Made by a program: the position numbers and the translations under genes
Source: Candidatus Bathyarchaeota archaeon
GTDB lineage: Archaea > Thermoproteota > Bathyarchaeia > 40CM-2-53-6 > RBG-13-38-9
Reading direction: 5' to 3'
Length of the DNA stretch: 64,000 nt
Assembly (NCBI GenBank): GCA_963807605.1
Contig: CAWECG010000003.1
Location: forward strand, 64,001 to 128,000
The notes under the pieces: generated by a model
Databases searched by the model: none
What the model was told of the DNA's origin: nothing
Seen by the model: the letters and a program-made list of their open reading frames with translations, nothing else
Part shown: piece after piece, positions 40,056 through 50,109 of the stretch
How positions within the stretch are numbered: position 1 is the stretch's first letter
How the letters are laid out: each line of letters starts with the position of its first letter

Positions 40056-40839
40056 CAGTCACCTGTCTATAGAGGACATCGGGACTTGGAACGTCCGCAA
40101 TTCTTGAAAAATACTTGCTTATGGTTGAGAGGTCCCGTCTCAAAAAAGTGCCGGACATAGGGTGGTCCAGCTTGACCGCCTGAGAGAAGTCAAAAATCAC
40201 TGGATGATTCTTCCAGAACATTATGTTATACTCGCTCAGGTCTCCATGGACGAGTTGAGCTTTCTGATAAAGGTTCGCTACGCCATTGACTATCTCCTTG
40301 AGGGTCTTATTGGGATCCTTCAGGAGTGCCTCTCTCAGAAGAGGAGCTGAAACCCCCTTAACGCCGATAAACTCCATGAGGAGGACGTTCTTTTCAACAG
40401 CCACTACTTTTGGAACTTTGACTCCCGCATCTCTTGCCAATCTTAGATTTTCGTATTCCTTCTGGGCCCAGAGGTAGATTAAGGATCTCGTGTCTCTGCT
40501 GACCCGTTCGAATCTGGGATCCCCCTGCAGATACTTCTGCATACCCCGCTTGAACTCAGCGGATGTTGTCAAGTAGATCTTAACGGCAAGCTCGGCGCCT
40601 TTAGATCCATTTCCCCAGTATATTCGTGACTCTTTCCCTGAACTTACAACTCCAGAGATATCTTGCAAGTACCCCCTGTTTAGGAGGCTGTAGACGGTCA
40701 TCAGCGTAGGTCTATCAAAGACTTCCTCAAGAACCTTCAATTGTTCGCTTCGCTTTACGCGCATCCGCCTCTCGACGTCATATCTTCTCTCTCTGAGTTT
40801 GAGTCTCTCTCGCACCTTACTCTTCGAGGAGTCACTCAA
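40033..40839 (-). CDS. rio1: RIO1 family Ser/Thr kinase
   Basis: SSGKES, AVKIY, GDPRF, WAQKEYENL, LVHGDLSEYN, IFDFSQAV. Confidence 0.95.
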   Translation of the reverse strand: MSDSSKSKVRERLKLRERRYDVERRMRVKRSEQLKVLEEVFDRPTLMTVYSLLNRGYLQDISGVVSSGKESRIYWGNGSKGAELAVKIYLTTSAEFKRGMQKYLQGDPRFERVSRDTRSLIYLWAQKEYENLRLARDAGVKVPKVVAVEKNVLLMEFIGVKGVSAPLLREALLKDPNKTLKEIVNGVANLYQKAQLVHGDLSEYNIMFWKNHPVIFDFSQAVKLDHPMSGTFLRRDLSTISKYFSRIADVPSPDVLYRQVTGEGAEQV

Positions 40840-40848
40840 GCTTTTTCC

Positions 40849-41157
40849 CTATTGAGCAGGAAGGTAGCCGCGTTGCCTCAGGGTTTCTACTTGGCTTTTA
40901 GTATAGCGCCAGAGGATGTCTCCCCGTTCGTTATACTGGAAGTCCCAAGGTTCTACTAGGACAGCGTCGCCCATCCTAACCCAAACCCTTCTCTTCATCT
41001 TTCCTCTGATTCTGCAGAGTCTCTCAAAACCATCAGGACACTTGACCCTGACCCTGTCAAAGCCTAACAGCTGTGAGACGAACCCAACAACCTGCCTCGG
41101 ACCTGGAACGACGAGTTCTCTAAGTTCTTCCTCACTGATTACCTTCTTCTTTCCCAT
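40849..41157 (-). CDS. eif1a: Translation initiation factor aIF-1A
   Basis: RLCRIRGKMKRRVWVRMGDAVLVEPWDFQ...GDILWRY. Confidence 0.96.
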   Translation of the reverse strand: MGKKKVISEEELRELVVPGPRQVVGFVSQLLGFDRVRVKCPDGFERLCRIRGKMKRRVWVRMGDAVLVEPWDFQYNERGDILWRYTKSQVETLRQRGYLPAQ

Positions 41158-41376
41158 TACAGATTCTTAGACTCCGTTTTCGCGTAGTCGAGATTTAGAA
41201 TGCTGAAGCTGGTTATCTTGAATTCAACAGTGCAAATAAAGGTTTGGCTAAGTCAAGAAATAATTCGGGATCGCGAATCAATGAGCACGTTGAAATCAAT
41301 CCTAGCCAAGCAATGCACGGTGTATTGTTATCACTGAGGGCTACGGATCCGCGTCGAGACGAATTAGTGACCTAGC

Positions 41377-41676
41377 TTAAAGTCTGACTATCTGGACGTG
41401 CGGAACTCCAGCTATGTAGATTACGGCCGCCGGATCCACAAGATCGTTCTCGACTGCTACCTTCACCGCATTCTCTCCTACAAGGTTCCCAGAGTCTGCT
41501 TTCGAGAGAGCTTCGGCAACCTCATCTGCATTTGCTAGCTCCCCTCCGTAGAACTGGCTTGTGACTTCAAGCTTCAGTCTGCCCTCTCTCAACGTCTTGC
41601 CTATTAAGTCCATGTCACATACTGTGACCAGAGTGTACCTACCTTTAACATATTTCTTGAGATAGACCTTCTTCAA
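41377..41676 (-). CDS. DUF424 family protein
   Basis: LVTVCDMDLIGK, FYGG, NLVGENAV, IAGVPHVQ. Confidence 0.88.
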   Translation of the reverse strand: MKKVYLKKYVKGRYTLVTVCDMDLIGKTLREGRLKLEVTSQFYGGELANADEVAEALSKADSGNLVGENAVKVAVENDLVDPAAVIYIAGVPHVQIVRL

Positions 41677-41687
41677 TATCTCGCTCT

Positions 41688-42101
41688 CTAGACGGGTCTT
41701 ATAGGTGATTTTGCGCCACACGCCTCACATGATAGCGTGGTGATCCCGCCTGACTTTTCTATCTTTGTATCTGGCCTCTTACAGATAGGACAGATAACAT
41801 ACTTCGCCACGTAGATGTGTAGGAGATGAACTATCGAATCCCCTGGAAACTTTCCCTTGAAGAATACCCGCTGACCGTCGTAGGTTCCCGCTGTGGCCAT
41901 CTCCTTGGATAGGAATTTCAATATGTGATTAGGATCTCTATTCAATCTCCGTGACAAGTCGGCGAAGTTAGCTATCATGGTTCTGGTCCTACCGAAGACC
42001 ATAATCTCAGGCTTCGGCTCCTCGAAACGCTCTCCGCTGATCATTCTCTTCGGAATCTTCTCGAGCGCTTTGTCTAGACTCTTAAGATATTTCTCAGACA
42101 T
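41688..42101 (-). CDS. eif2b: Translation initiation factor aIF-2 beta
   Basis: RFEEP, LNRDPNHILKFLSKEMATAG, YVICPICKRPDT, CEACGA. Confidence 0.96.
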   Translation of the reverse strand: MSEKYLKSLDKALEKIPKRMISGERFEEPKPEIMVFGRTRTMIANFADLSRRLNRDPNHILKFLSKEMATAGTYDGQRVFFKGKFPGDSIVHLLHIYVAKYVICPICKRPDTKIEKSGGITTLSCEACGAKSPIRPV

Positions 42102-42278
42102 ATCCTGCCGTCACCGATAGTCACAGAAGAAGATCTAGGTGAGATATTTAAGTTGAAATCTCCTCGAGAATTGATCTTGCTTATAGTTTAACAATTCTCT
42201 TCAGAGAATCTTTTAATCCGCAGACGTAATCTCTTAGGAGCGAATCTCATCTGTCGAGGTGAGACCGGTGGTATTGCA

Positions 42279-43952
42279 GTGGGAAGATGGATCGTAAACG
42301 CAGCTTGGCCCTATGTCAACTCCGTCCCTCACCTGGGAACTTTTATCCATCTCCTCGCGGCGGACGTCTTCACCAGGTACCTACGTCTGAAAGGCGAAGA
42401 CGTCATTACAGTCACAGGATCAGATGAGCATGGAACACCCATAGAGGTGGAAGCCCTCAAACAAGGCATAGAACCTAGACAACTAACCGACCACTACCAC
42501 AACCTGATATTGGATTTGCTTGAGAAATACTCCATATCATTCGACAACTATACCCGAACAGAATCGCCAACCCATATCAAATTCACCCAGTCCTTCTACC
42601 TCAAACTCTATGAGAACGGCTACATCTTCAAAAAAGAGGTTGAACTTCTACACTGCGAAAAATGCGATCGGTTCCTCCCAGACCGATTTGTGCAAGGAAC
42701 CTGCCCATTTTGCGGGTCCCAAAATGCACGTGGAGACCAATGTGAAGACTGTGGAAGAGTTTTAGACTCCACTGAGCTAGTGAATCCGCGATGCATATTC
42801 TGCGATTCAACACCTACTGTCAAGTCTTCCCTCCACTGGTTCTTTGACCTGCCGAAGTTTGAAATAGAGATCAAGCGATACCTCACTGAGAACAGACAAC
42901 TCCCAGACAACGCCAGGAACTTCTCACTGAGATGGCTTAAGGAAGGGCTGAAACCTAGGGCACTGACACGTGACAATAAGTGGGGAGTTCCGTCCCCCTT
43001 TCCAGGATCCGAGGGGAAGACTATCTACGTCTGGATGGAGGCTGTCCTAGGATACATCTCAGCCTCGATAGAACTAGGCGAGAGAAAGGGCAATCCAGAC
43101 CTCTGGAGAGATTACTGGCTGAATGAATCGACTAAGAACGTTCATTTCATTGGGAAAGATAATATCCCCTTCCACACAATTATACTCCCAGCTCTCCTTC
43201 TGGGCAGTCCTGAAAAATACATCCTCCCTTGGGAAGTCTCCTCAACAGAATTCGTACTATACGAGGGCCAGGGAAAATTCTCTAAGAGCCGGCGGATAGG
43301 GGTTTGGATTGATGATGCTCTAAGAATAGCTGAGTCAGAGTATTGGAGGTATATTCTGATCGCCATGAGACCAGAGGCTAAAGATGCTAACTTCACGTGG
43401 AAAGAGTTTGAAAGACACATAAATACGGAGCTAAACGACATATTAGGGAATTTCATACACAGGACGCTGACATTTGTCAGGTCTAATTTTGGCGGTCGTA
43501 TTCCAGCGGTAGGGGAACTCTCCTCATCGGATAGAAGTCTAACTGAGAGAGTCTACGAGAGTCCTTTGACTGTAGGTCGCCTGATGGACCATTTTAGGCT
43601 CAGGGATGCGTTGGCCGCAGTCCTTGAGTTAGCCAGATCTGGAAACGAGTATCTAAGCGAGAGGGAACCATGGCATTTAATCAAAACTGACAAGCAAGAG
43701 GCTGCTACCGTAATCAATTTGTGTAGTCAATCCGTCCGATCACTTGCGATTCTCTTGTATCCATTTATGCCCCAAACCGCGAATGCGATCTGGAAACAAC
43801 TAGAGGCTGGAGGGAGACTCGAAGAGCAGCGTTGGGAGGATGCCGGAAGCCTATTACTCAACCCAAACCACCCGATTGGCGAGTCTCGACCACTTTTCCA
43901 TAAGGTAAACGCCAAAGAGATAGAGAAGATGTGGAACTCAGCTACCCCCTGA
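42279..43952 (+). CDS. metG: Methionine--tRNA ligase (short form, no C-terminal tRNA-binding domain)
   Basis: AWPYVNSVPHLG, GSDEHGTPI, zinc knuckles, FIGKDNIPFH, KFSKS. Confidence 0.97.
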   Translation: MGRWIVNAAWPYVNSVPHLGTFIHLLAADVFTRYLRLKGEDVITVTGSDEHGTPIEVEALKQGIEPRQLTDHYHNLILDLLEKYSISFDNYTRTESPTHIKFTQSFYLKLYENGYIFKKEVELLHCEKCDRFLPDRFVQGTCPFCGSQNARGDQCEDCGRVLDSTELVNPRCIFCDSTPTVKSSLHWFFDLPKFEIEIKRYLTENRQLPDNARNFSLRWLKEGLKPRALTRDNKWGVPSPFPGSEGKTIYVWMEAVLGYISASIELGERKGNPDLWRDYWLNESTKNVHFIGKDNIPFHTIILPALLLGSPEKYILPWEVSSTEFVLYEGQGKFSKSRRIGVWIDDALRIAESEYWRYILIAMRPEAKDANFTWKEFERHINTELNDILGNFIHRTLTFVRSNFGGRIPAVGELSSSDRSLTERVYESPLTVGRLMDHFRLRDALAAVLELARSGNEYLSEREPWHLIKTDKQEAATVINLCSQSVRSLAILLYPFMPQTANAIWKQLEAGGRLEEQRWEDAGSLLLNPNHPIGESRPLFHKVNAKEIEKMWNSATP

Positions 43953-43956
43953 CAAG

Positions 43957-44601
43957 ATGGAAGAGATGTTACTCAGGATAGATACCCACGTTCACACAAC
44001 AAATTCCCCAGATGGATCAGTTGAGGCTGGGCAGATACCTCAGGTACTTCGGTTGAAGAGGTTAGATGGAGTAGCTGTCACGGACCACGACAGATTCTTT
44101 GATCAAGAGATCAAAGGGATAATTGTCATCCCAGGGATCGAAGTGAGCACCAAACAGGGCCACCTCCTCGGGTTGGGAGATGTGGGCGAAATAAGCACTG
44201 GGCTGTCTGTTGATGAGACTGTAAGGATCATTCACGGCAGAGGTGGTGTAGCAATACTCGCTCATCCTTATGATGTTATTCGGGGCGGTATTAGGCCGTC
44301 GCAGGTCACTGAAAGGCTTGATGGAATCGAGACTATCAACTCGAAAGCCCATCCTTACAGCCTCTCAAAACACCTTGCTGAGAAAGCTGCTAAAGAATTG
44401 AGCGTCCCAATGTTCGGTGGTAGCGACTCGCACACGCTTGAGACGATTGGAGATGCATATACCTGCATTGAGTCAAGATCTGGATCAGTAGTGGATATTC
44501 TCCATGCGATGAATACGGGGAAGGTTTACGCGCGTGGCGGCCCATCAGGAGGCATCAAGCAGTTGAAACGCGTTGGAGCCGGGATCAGACGCAGACTCTA
44601 G
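43957..44601 (+). CDS. PHP-domain phosphoesterase
   Basis: DTHVHT, VTDHD, PGIEVS, AHPY, GGSDSH. Confidence 0.92.
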   Translation: MEEMLLRIDTHVHTTNSPDGSVEAGQIPQVLRLKRLDGVAVTDHDRFFDQEIKGIIVIPGIEVSTKQGHLLGLGDVGEISTGLSVDETVRIIHGRGGVAILAHPYDVIRGGIRPSQVTERLDGIETINSKAHPYSLSKHLAEKAAKELSVPMFGGSDSHTLETIGDAYTCIESRSGSVVDILHAMNTGKVYARGGPSGGIKQLKRVGAGIRRRL

Positions 44602-44859
44602 GCGAAGTGGAAGAGGGATGTCGCGGGACGATAGTTCAGTACTTAGCGCTCGCACTCGACTTCGCAGAATCTTGACTTGTTCAGGATTGCAGACATTACC
44701 TAGATGTCGCTTCTGTTCGAGGCATATCCAAAGCTCTCAAAGTAGACTGCTTTGCATCCCTACTCCCATATGGTGTATCGACGGAGTCCCTAGCTTTCTC
44801 AGAGCCGATTCCACGCCGCTGCAAGTAAGCTTTCAAGTGGCAAATACTGGTCCAGTGCC

Positions 44860-45153
44860 CTAGCGGATTCCTCCGCCGACTGGTGGGATGATGGCAAAGG
44901 CGCATCCATCATACAGGGGGGTTTCAGTTCCATTGATCATGGCAATATTCTTCCCATCTATGAGGAAGTTAAGATTGGGCGATATCTCCTCTCTGCTTTT
45001 GGCAAAGATGTAATCGCAGATGGGCGCTCCGTACCTTTCGGATAATATGCCGAGAAGATCTCTAACTGTGGCTCTCTCAGGCACCTCGAAGGTCTCTTCA
45101 CTCTTTCCCACTATTTCTCTCACACCAGCAAAGTATCTTACCTTAACCTTCAT
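44860..45153 (-). CDS. MoaD/ThiS-family ubiquitin-like protein (SAMP-like)
   Basis: MKVKVRYFAGVREIVG...IIPPVGGG-IR. Confidence 0.9.
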   Translation of the reverse strand: MKVKVRYFAGVREIVGKSEETFEVPERATVRDLLGILSERYGAPICDYIFAKSREEISPNLNFLIDGKNIAMINGTETPLYDGCAFAIIPPVGGGIR

Positions 45154-45287
45154 GGGAGAAACCTGGCGAGACCTTCTTTCACCATTTTGTGGTGACAATC
45201 TAATAAATCAAGTGTCTACATAACAGGATTTGTAGGAATCAAAGATCTTAAAGTAAGAATCAGTGAAAAACTAAAGGGGTTGGATCA

Positions 45288-46088
45288 TTGGTCACGGCAG
45301 GGAGGAGGATAGATCCGTCTGCAGTAGTGAGTGAGTCAGCAAAGGTCGGACTAGGTTGCTGTATTGAAGCGGGAGTCGAGATAATGGGTGGCGCAAAACT
45401 TGAAGACTCTGTATGGTTGGATTCGAATGTTACCATCTACGGAGACGTTACCATCAAGGAGTCGGCCTATATTGGGAAGGGCTGTATTGTAGGTCACCCA
45501 AAACGGCAAGATCTCAAGAAGATGATCAAGAGCAGGGTAAAGGAGGTGGCCTTCTCCGGGCGTTCAATTCTAGGAAGGAGATCCACCATGAGATCAGGCT
45601 CAATAGTTTATTCTGATGTGGCTGTTGGCGACAATGTGGAATTAGGTCACAATGTAATAATCCGAGAGCAGTCAAGTATAGGAGATAACTCGTTGATTGG
45701 AACCAATGTTGTAATTGATGGCGAGACAACAGTAGGGAAAGGTGTCTCCATACAAACGGGTGTATATATTTGCAGAAGATCAACGATTGAAGACTTCGTC
45801 TTTCTCGGACCCTATTGCATATTCACAAACGACAAGTATGCGATGCAGAGAGAGACGGACCTCAAGGGGCCAATTGTTAAGAAAGGTGCCAGCATAGGAG
45901 CCAACTCAACACTAATGCCCGGAGTGACTGTCGGTGAAGGTGCAGTCGTTGGGGCCCACGCTGTTGTAACAAGGAATGTCCCAGCTGGGACGATGTTCTT
46001 GGGAGTTCCCGCACGTCAAGTGAAGAGAGTTCCTGAGGGTTGGAGGTCACTCCTGGAAGAGCGGCACCGGAGAGCAACTATTCTCTAA
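45288..46088 (+). CDS. Hexapeptide-repeat acyltransferase (sugar N-acetyltransferase-like)
   Basis: Left-handed beta-helix repeats, VFLGPYCIFTNDKY, GASIGANS, GVPAR. Confidence 0.88.
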   Translation: MVTAGRRIDPSAVVSESAKVGLGCCIEAGVEIMGGAKLEDSVWLDSNVTIYGDVTIKESAYIGKGCIVGHPKRQDLKKMIKSRVKEVAFSGRSILGRRSTMRSGSIVYSDVAVGDNVELGHNVIIREQSSIGDNSLIGTNVVIDGETTVGKGVSIQTGVYICRRSTIEDFVFLGPYCIFTNDKYAMQRETDLKGPIVKKGASIGANSTLMPGVTVGEGAVVGAHAVVTRNVPAGTMFLGVPARQVKRVPEGWRSLLEERHRRATIL

Positions 46089-46119
46089 TGCAACTGAGCT
46101 TGGGTTTCCTACGCGGAGA

Positions 46120-46515
46120 CTAGGCTTTCTCGACCTTGATTCTCTCTCCATCCTTGACCTTATTGAAGACTCTGGCATCGCCAACGATTCTTCCGAAGAC
46201 ATTAACAGAGCTTGCGGCCACAGGTTTGTTGCCGCTACTTGCGGGTGTTTTTCCGAAGAATATGCAGAAACAATTTCCAGCGGGCCAGTATCCGCAGTCA
46301 CCCACCTCAACCTCACACTGTCCCTTCTCGTCACTGACATTTACTGGAATACTGAAGTAGACTTCCTCGCCCCACGTACTTGCTCTGGACTCAAAAGGAA
46401 GACTATCAAGTATAGCCTTGGCGGTTTTAGGGTTCCTCTCGTCAAGTACTTCGGCCTCAACGTAGCCGGTACTAGGAGTATGGATTTTTATTCTTGTCGA
46501 CATAAGATTCACCAA
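46120..46515 (-). CDS. Cyclophilin-like fold protein (DUF369/TM1367 type)
   Basis: PKTAKAILDSLPF, WGEEVYFSIP, YWPAGNCFCIFFGKTP. Confidence 0.9.
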   Translation of the reverse strand: MVNLMSTRIKIHTPSTGYVEAEVLDERNPKTAKAILDSLPFESRASTWGEEVYFSIPVNVSDEKGQCEVEVGDCGYWPAGNCFCIFFGKTPASSGNKPVAASSVNVFGRIVGDARVFNKVKDGERIKVEKA

Positions 46516-46749
46516 TTCACCATTTTGGTTTCGGAAATATATAAGACTGTAACATGTGTTGACCAGGCCCTTTTTTCCTTGGAGCTGATCGAGCTCGGAT
46601 CCTCAGGTGTGAGGTAGTGTTCCACGGTGAGAGCGTAGCAGCCAAATTTCTGACTTTAAAAATGTCTCGATTACTCCGCCACCATTCTTGAAAGAGAACT
46701 GTCAGGGCTCTGCCCACTTCAAACCCTCAATTCTCCTTAGCGCGCGAAG

Positions 46750-47073
46750 TCATTTCTGGCCTTGTGGAGGGGTAGGTCTGACCTCCACCTTCATGACGTT
46801 TTCCTTATCTTGTCCTACTATTCTCCATTTGGCTTTCACGAGAATATCAACATCTTTCTCGATTTTTGATGAAGCCACAAAAGTTCCCGTTGCACGCCCT
46901 TTGGGATCAGTCTTGACTTTTTCAGCTTCCATCGAGCCCGCATCTTTCGGCTCAACCTCGAAGGATATTTCTACGCCCGCGATACCTCTCCCACTCTCCT
47001 GTATCTCAATAGTGAATACACTCTTCTCTCCAGGGCGTATCGTCCGGGGTTCTCTCATCATAGACCAATTCAA
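46750..47073 (-). CDS. Hypothetical Ig-like domain protein
   Basis: GIAGVEISFEV...KTDPKGRATGTFVA resembles Big_1-type strands; GGTGA upstream. Confidence 0.55.
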   Translation of the reverse strand: MNWSMMREPRTIRPGEKSVFTIEIQESGRGIAGVEISFEVEPKDAGSMEAEKVKTDPKGRATGTFVASSKIEKDVDILVKAKWRIVGQDKENVMKVEVRPTPPQGQK

Positions 47074-47166
47074 TTAAGAGTCACCTACAGATCTCCATTC
47101 CCTCCAGTTCTGGAATATAAAAAGAAAGTGCCAGCATTCGTAATGCTGACTACGATGGGCTAGGTC

Positions 47167-47319
47167 TTAGCACCAGAAGGGTAAGAACGGATAATAAAAG
47201 GGCGTCGGGGAGCAGTAGTAGGGAATTGGGTAGTAGCAGGAAGACATCCAAGGATAAGCCCACATATATGGCATAGTCCACGTGTACGGCCAACATCCTC
47301 CGAATGGATAAACGAACAT
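47167..47319 (-). CDS. 50-aa aromatic/Pro/Cys-rich peptide (below ORF-track cutoff)
   Basis: MFVYPFGGCWPYTWTMPYMWAYPWMSSCYYPIPYYCSPTPFYYPFLPFWC, AGGTGA Shine-Dalgarno just upstream. Confidence 0.65.
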   Translation of the reverse strand: MFVYPFGGCWPYTWTMPYMWAYPWMSSCYYPIPYYCSPTPFYYPFLPFWC

Positions 47320-47504
47320 CACAATCACCTACAAAACATGGAGTGTTCCCGCGTATTTTTCAAGGTTTCTAAAACCGTCAAACAATAAAGCAATGAAGGG
47401 GGCTACATCATATGTCAAATCAAGAGCTTTAAGCGACGGTTGAGGATTCAACTTAGCCGTGACAGAAACCGCTAAGGGTATCTTGTTGGCAACTATTTGG
47501 TGAG

Positions 47505-48074
47505 TTGACGATGGTAGACTTTAGAAGAATAGGAGATCATCACCTGAGAAGGCTGGCTTCAGACTATCCTGAGTCGGCCAGCTATCCAGGAGCTTTGGAA
47601 CAGAAGATCTTGATCATCTGGAACTTTCTTACCGAGAGATCTACAAGCTCCATTGAAGCTTACGGTATTGAATTGAAAGAAGGCGCCAAGAAGGAGCTTG
47701 AGAGGAGGCTCGAGGAGGAGAGACGTCGAAGGGCTGAGTATGAAGCCAAGGAAGCAAAGAGAAGGACTGCTCTAATAAAGAAACTGAACCGCTGGCTAAT
47801 GGGAATGGAAGATCCCATATCACTCATAGAAGAGACAGGACACCTCCAATGGAAATGCCCAGTTTGCGGCAACAAAGCAAAGTTCGACCTTAAGGACTAC
47901 ATCGATGACGTATCGAAGGGGAAGTTGGCGCTTATAACCTGGTCTTGCGCAGGGAAGGACGTAGTTGAAGGCCCGAACCACTGGGGATTGACCCGCGAGA
48001 TCAGGCTCGCCCAAGGCGAGGAGATAAGCAAAAAGATACTCGAAGGAAGGCGAAAGTCAAGCGCGGAACACTAA
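47505..48074 (+). CDS. Hypothetical protein with a coiled coil and a CPVC zinc motif
   Basis: 189 aa, ELERRLEEERRRRAEYE, WKCPVCG...WSC...H. Confidence 0.6.
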   Translation: MTMVDFRRIGDHHLRRLASDYPESASYPGALEQKILIIWNFLTERSTSSIEAYGIELKEGAKKELERRLEEERRRRAEYEAKEAKRRTALIKKLNRWLMGMEDPISLIEETGHLQWKCPVCGNKAKFDLKDYIDDVSKGKLALITWSCAGKDVVEGPNHWGLTREIRLAQGEEISKKILEGRRKSSAEH

Positions 48075-48280
48075 GCAACCAAATCGATACCGCCTATCGG
48101 GACGCTTAGAGTCGGTTTTACAGTCCAGGGATCTTCAGTCTATAGCAGTTATCAAAGATTGATCCACCCTGTTTGGCCATCGAGTTTCCAAAAAAAACGA
48201 CCTCCAAAACAAGATATATTAGCAAGATATTCTGTGTAAGCCTGCAACCAATATCAAGATTGGATTCAAAGTGACGTGTC

Positions 48281-49975
48281 TTGTCTCGACTTCCTGCTTT
48301 GACAATTATCATATTAATAGCGATATCCTCACTACTCAGTTCTACTAGCTGTTCAACAGAAGTTTATATCTCAAAGGCCAGCAGGCTGATGAATATAAAC
48401 AACTTCGGAATCACCACAATTACAGATGCCTTGACGGTGGCAAATAACGGAACAAGCCAGATAGAAACGCTATATTTCGGCTTTCCAAAGACCTATGCCA
48501 GCGGTCTTGAATCACTTGAAGCTCAGGGGCCCTCAGGCGAAGCCTTGAAGACAGAGAGGATAGTTAACGAATCCTCGACCAACTACATGGTTAGCTGCAG
48601 TCTAGCCAAATCCCTTGCCCCAGGAAGCACATACGAGATCAGATTAAGATCAGTCTTTTCCAACTTGGTATCATATAGTGGCAATGAGTTTGTCTTCTCT
48701 TACGTAGCTTACCCAACCCTTCCGGTGAGGGCACAAGTCTACAACTCGACCATAATCTTTCCAAAGGGCTCAACCCCCACGCAATGGCCCAACAAGACTT
48801 ACACGGCGACCAACGTCGGAGGTCAGCCCGCGCTGAATGGCACTCAGAGGCCGCTAGAACCCTTTTCAACAGTAGATATCTCAATCAGATACTCGAATGA
48901 TGCTCAACAACTGATCTCTTTCAAATCTGTCAAGAGAGAGATTACGATTTCCCCCAGCGGCGAAGTGACTTCAAAAGATACGTACTCGGTATTCAATTTC
49001 GGGTCGGAACTGAATGCCTTAACACTCCCACGCCCCCAGAACATAAGCCAAATAATGCTCTATGACTCAGCCGGGGCCATTGAGGATAGACTTCAAGCCC
49101 AGAATGACACTATAAGCGTCGCGCCGCGATTCGGAAAGTTGCCAGGAGAAACCTCATTCACCTTCAGACTCGAATACAATTTAGCCCAGCAAGACGACTT
49201 AAAGAGGTTGGAATGGCCTGGAAGATACCGATTCTCAGTTGAGACAGTCCCCCCCCGCGAATATCTAACCGAGGAGTACCTCGTCAACGTATCTCTGCCA
49301 AGAGGATCTAAGTCCGAAGTAGCATCACCACCACCGAATGCAACAACTCTCCTTCCAGACGGCGTTGAGGTCCTGACCTATAACCTCGATCGGCTCCTGC
49401 CGGGCCAAGCTAGTGCGACAGCTGTTGAATATAGTTATCCGATCTTCACACCTTCGATATACCCGCTCCAGTGGGTCTTTTCTCTAGAAGTAATCGTCGG
49501 AGCCTTTGCTGCTGCTGTTCTCCTCAAGAGGCCGACGAAAGCCGCTCCATCGGCTCCACTTGAGAAGATCAGAAGATTCATAGAACTTCAGGACGAGAAG
49601 AGGGCTTTGAGGCTCGAATTGGAAAAGAGAAGTGAAGAACTTGGAAGAGGAGCAGTTACAAAGCAAGATTACCGCAGACGAAGAAGATTGATTGAGACCC
49701 GGCTCAGCGAGATCAACAGATCCTTGGCGACATTGAAGACTGAGATCAAGGCCGTCGACCCAAGATATGACCAGATGACAAGGAGACTTGAGAAGGCTGA
49801 AGGAGAAGTAGATGCGCTACGTGCAAGCGAGAGTCAGATCACAAGTCAATACAGGTCAGGCCGGATAAGCAAGGAGGTTTATGAATCACTGGTGAGCGAC
49901 TTGAGGAAACGGATCGAGAAGGCCAAGGACACGGTCGACAGGACAATCATAACTCTCAGAGAAGAAGTAAGGTAA
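48281..49975 (+). CDS. Ribophorin I-like (oligosaccharyltransferase alpha subunit-like) membrane protein
   Basis: Signal peptide, two beta domains with EPFSTVDISIRYSN...FKSVKREITISPSG and ISVAPRF...FTFRLEYNL, single TM, C-terminal coiled coil. Confidence 0.7.
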   Translation: MSRLPALTIIILIAISSLLSSTSCSTEVYISKASRLMNINNFGITTITDALTVANNGTSQIETLYFGFPKTYASGLESLEAQGPSGEALKTERIVNESSTNYMVSCSLAKSLAPGSTYEIRLRSVFSNLVSYSGNEFVFSYVAYPTLPVRAQVYNSTIIFPKGSTPTQWPNKTYTATNVGGQPALNGTQRPLEPFSTVDISIRYSNDAQQLISFKSVKREITISPSGEVTSKDTYSVFNFGSELNALTLPRPQNISQIMLYDSAGAIEDRLQAQNDTISVAPRFGKLPGETSFTFRLEYNLAQQDDLKRLEWPGRYRFSVETVPPREYLTEEYLVNVSLPRGSKSEVASPPPNATTLLPDGVEVLTYNLDRLLPGQASATAVEYSYPIFTPSIYPLQWVFSLEVIVGAFAAAVLLKRPTKAAPSAPLEKIRRFIELQDEKRALRLELEKRSEELGRGAVTKQDYRRRRRLIETRLSEINRSLATLKTEIKAVDPRYDQMTRRLEKAEGEVDALRASESQITSQYRSGRISKEVYESLVSDLRKRIEKAKDTVDRTIITLREEVR

Positions 49976-50109
49976 TTACGTCCGCTTCCAAACTTGACTT
50001 GTCTTTTCACAGTTGTTTGATGTTTGGCCTTGGACATAAATGTCCACTACGGCCCTTCTGATAGACCGAGCCCCTGTTACACCAGTCGCGCGCGTCGCAA
50101 CCAGACAGA

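Noticed and set aside
34015-44534. CGCGCG runs at 34015 and 44529 inside intact genes
   Set aside because: Only 6 nt, in conserved coding context (YARA, YARG) and expected by chance
44573-44905. Short ORFs between the PHP and MoaD genes
   Set aside because: They overlap real genes and have no motifs; treated as intergenic or shadow frames
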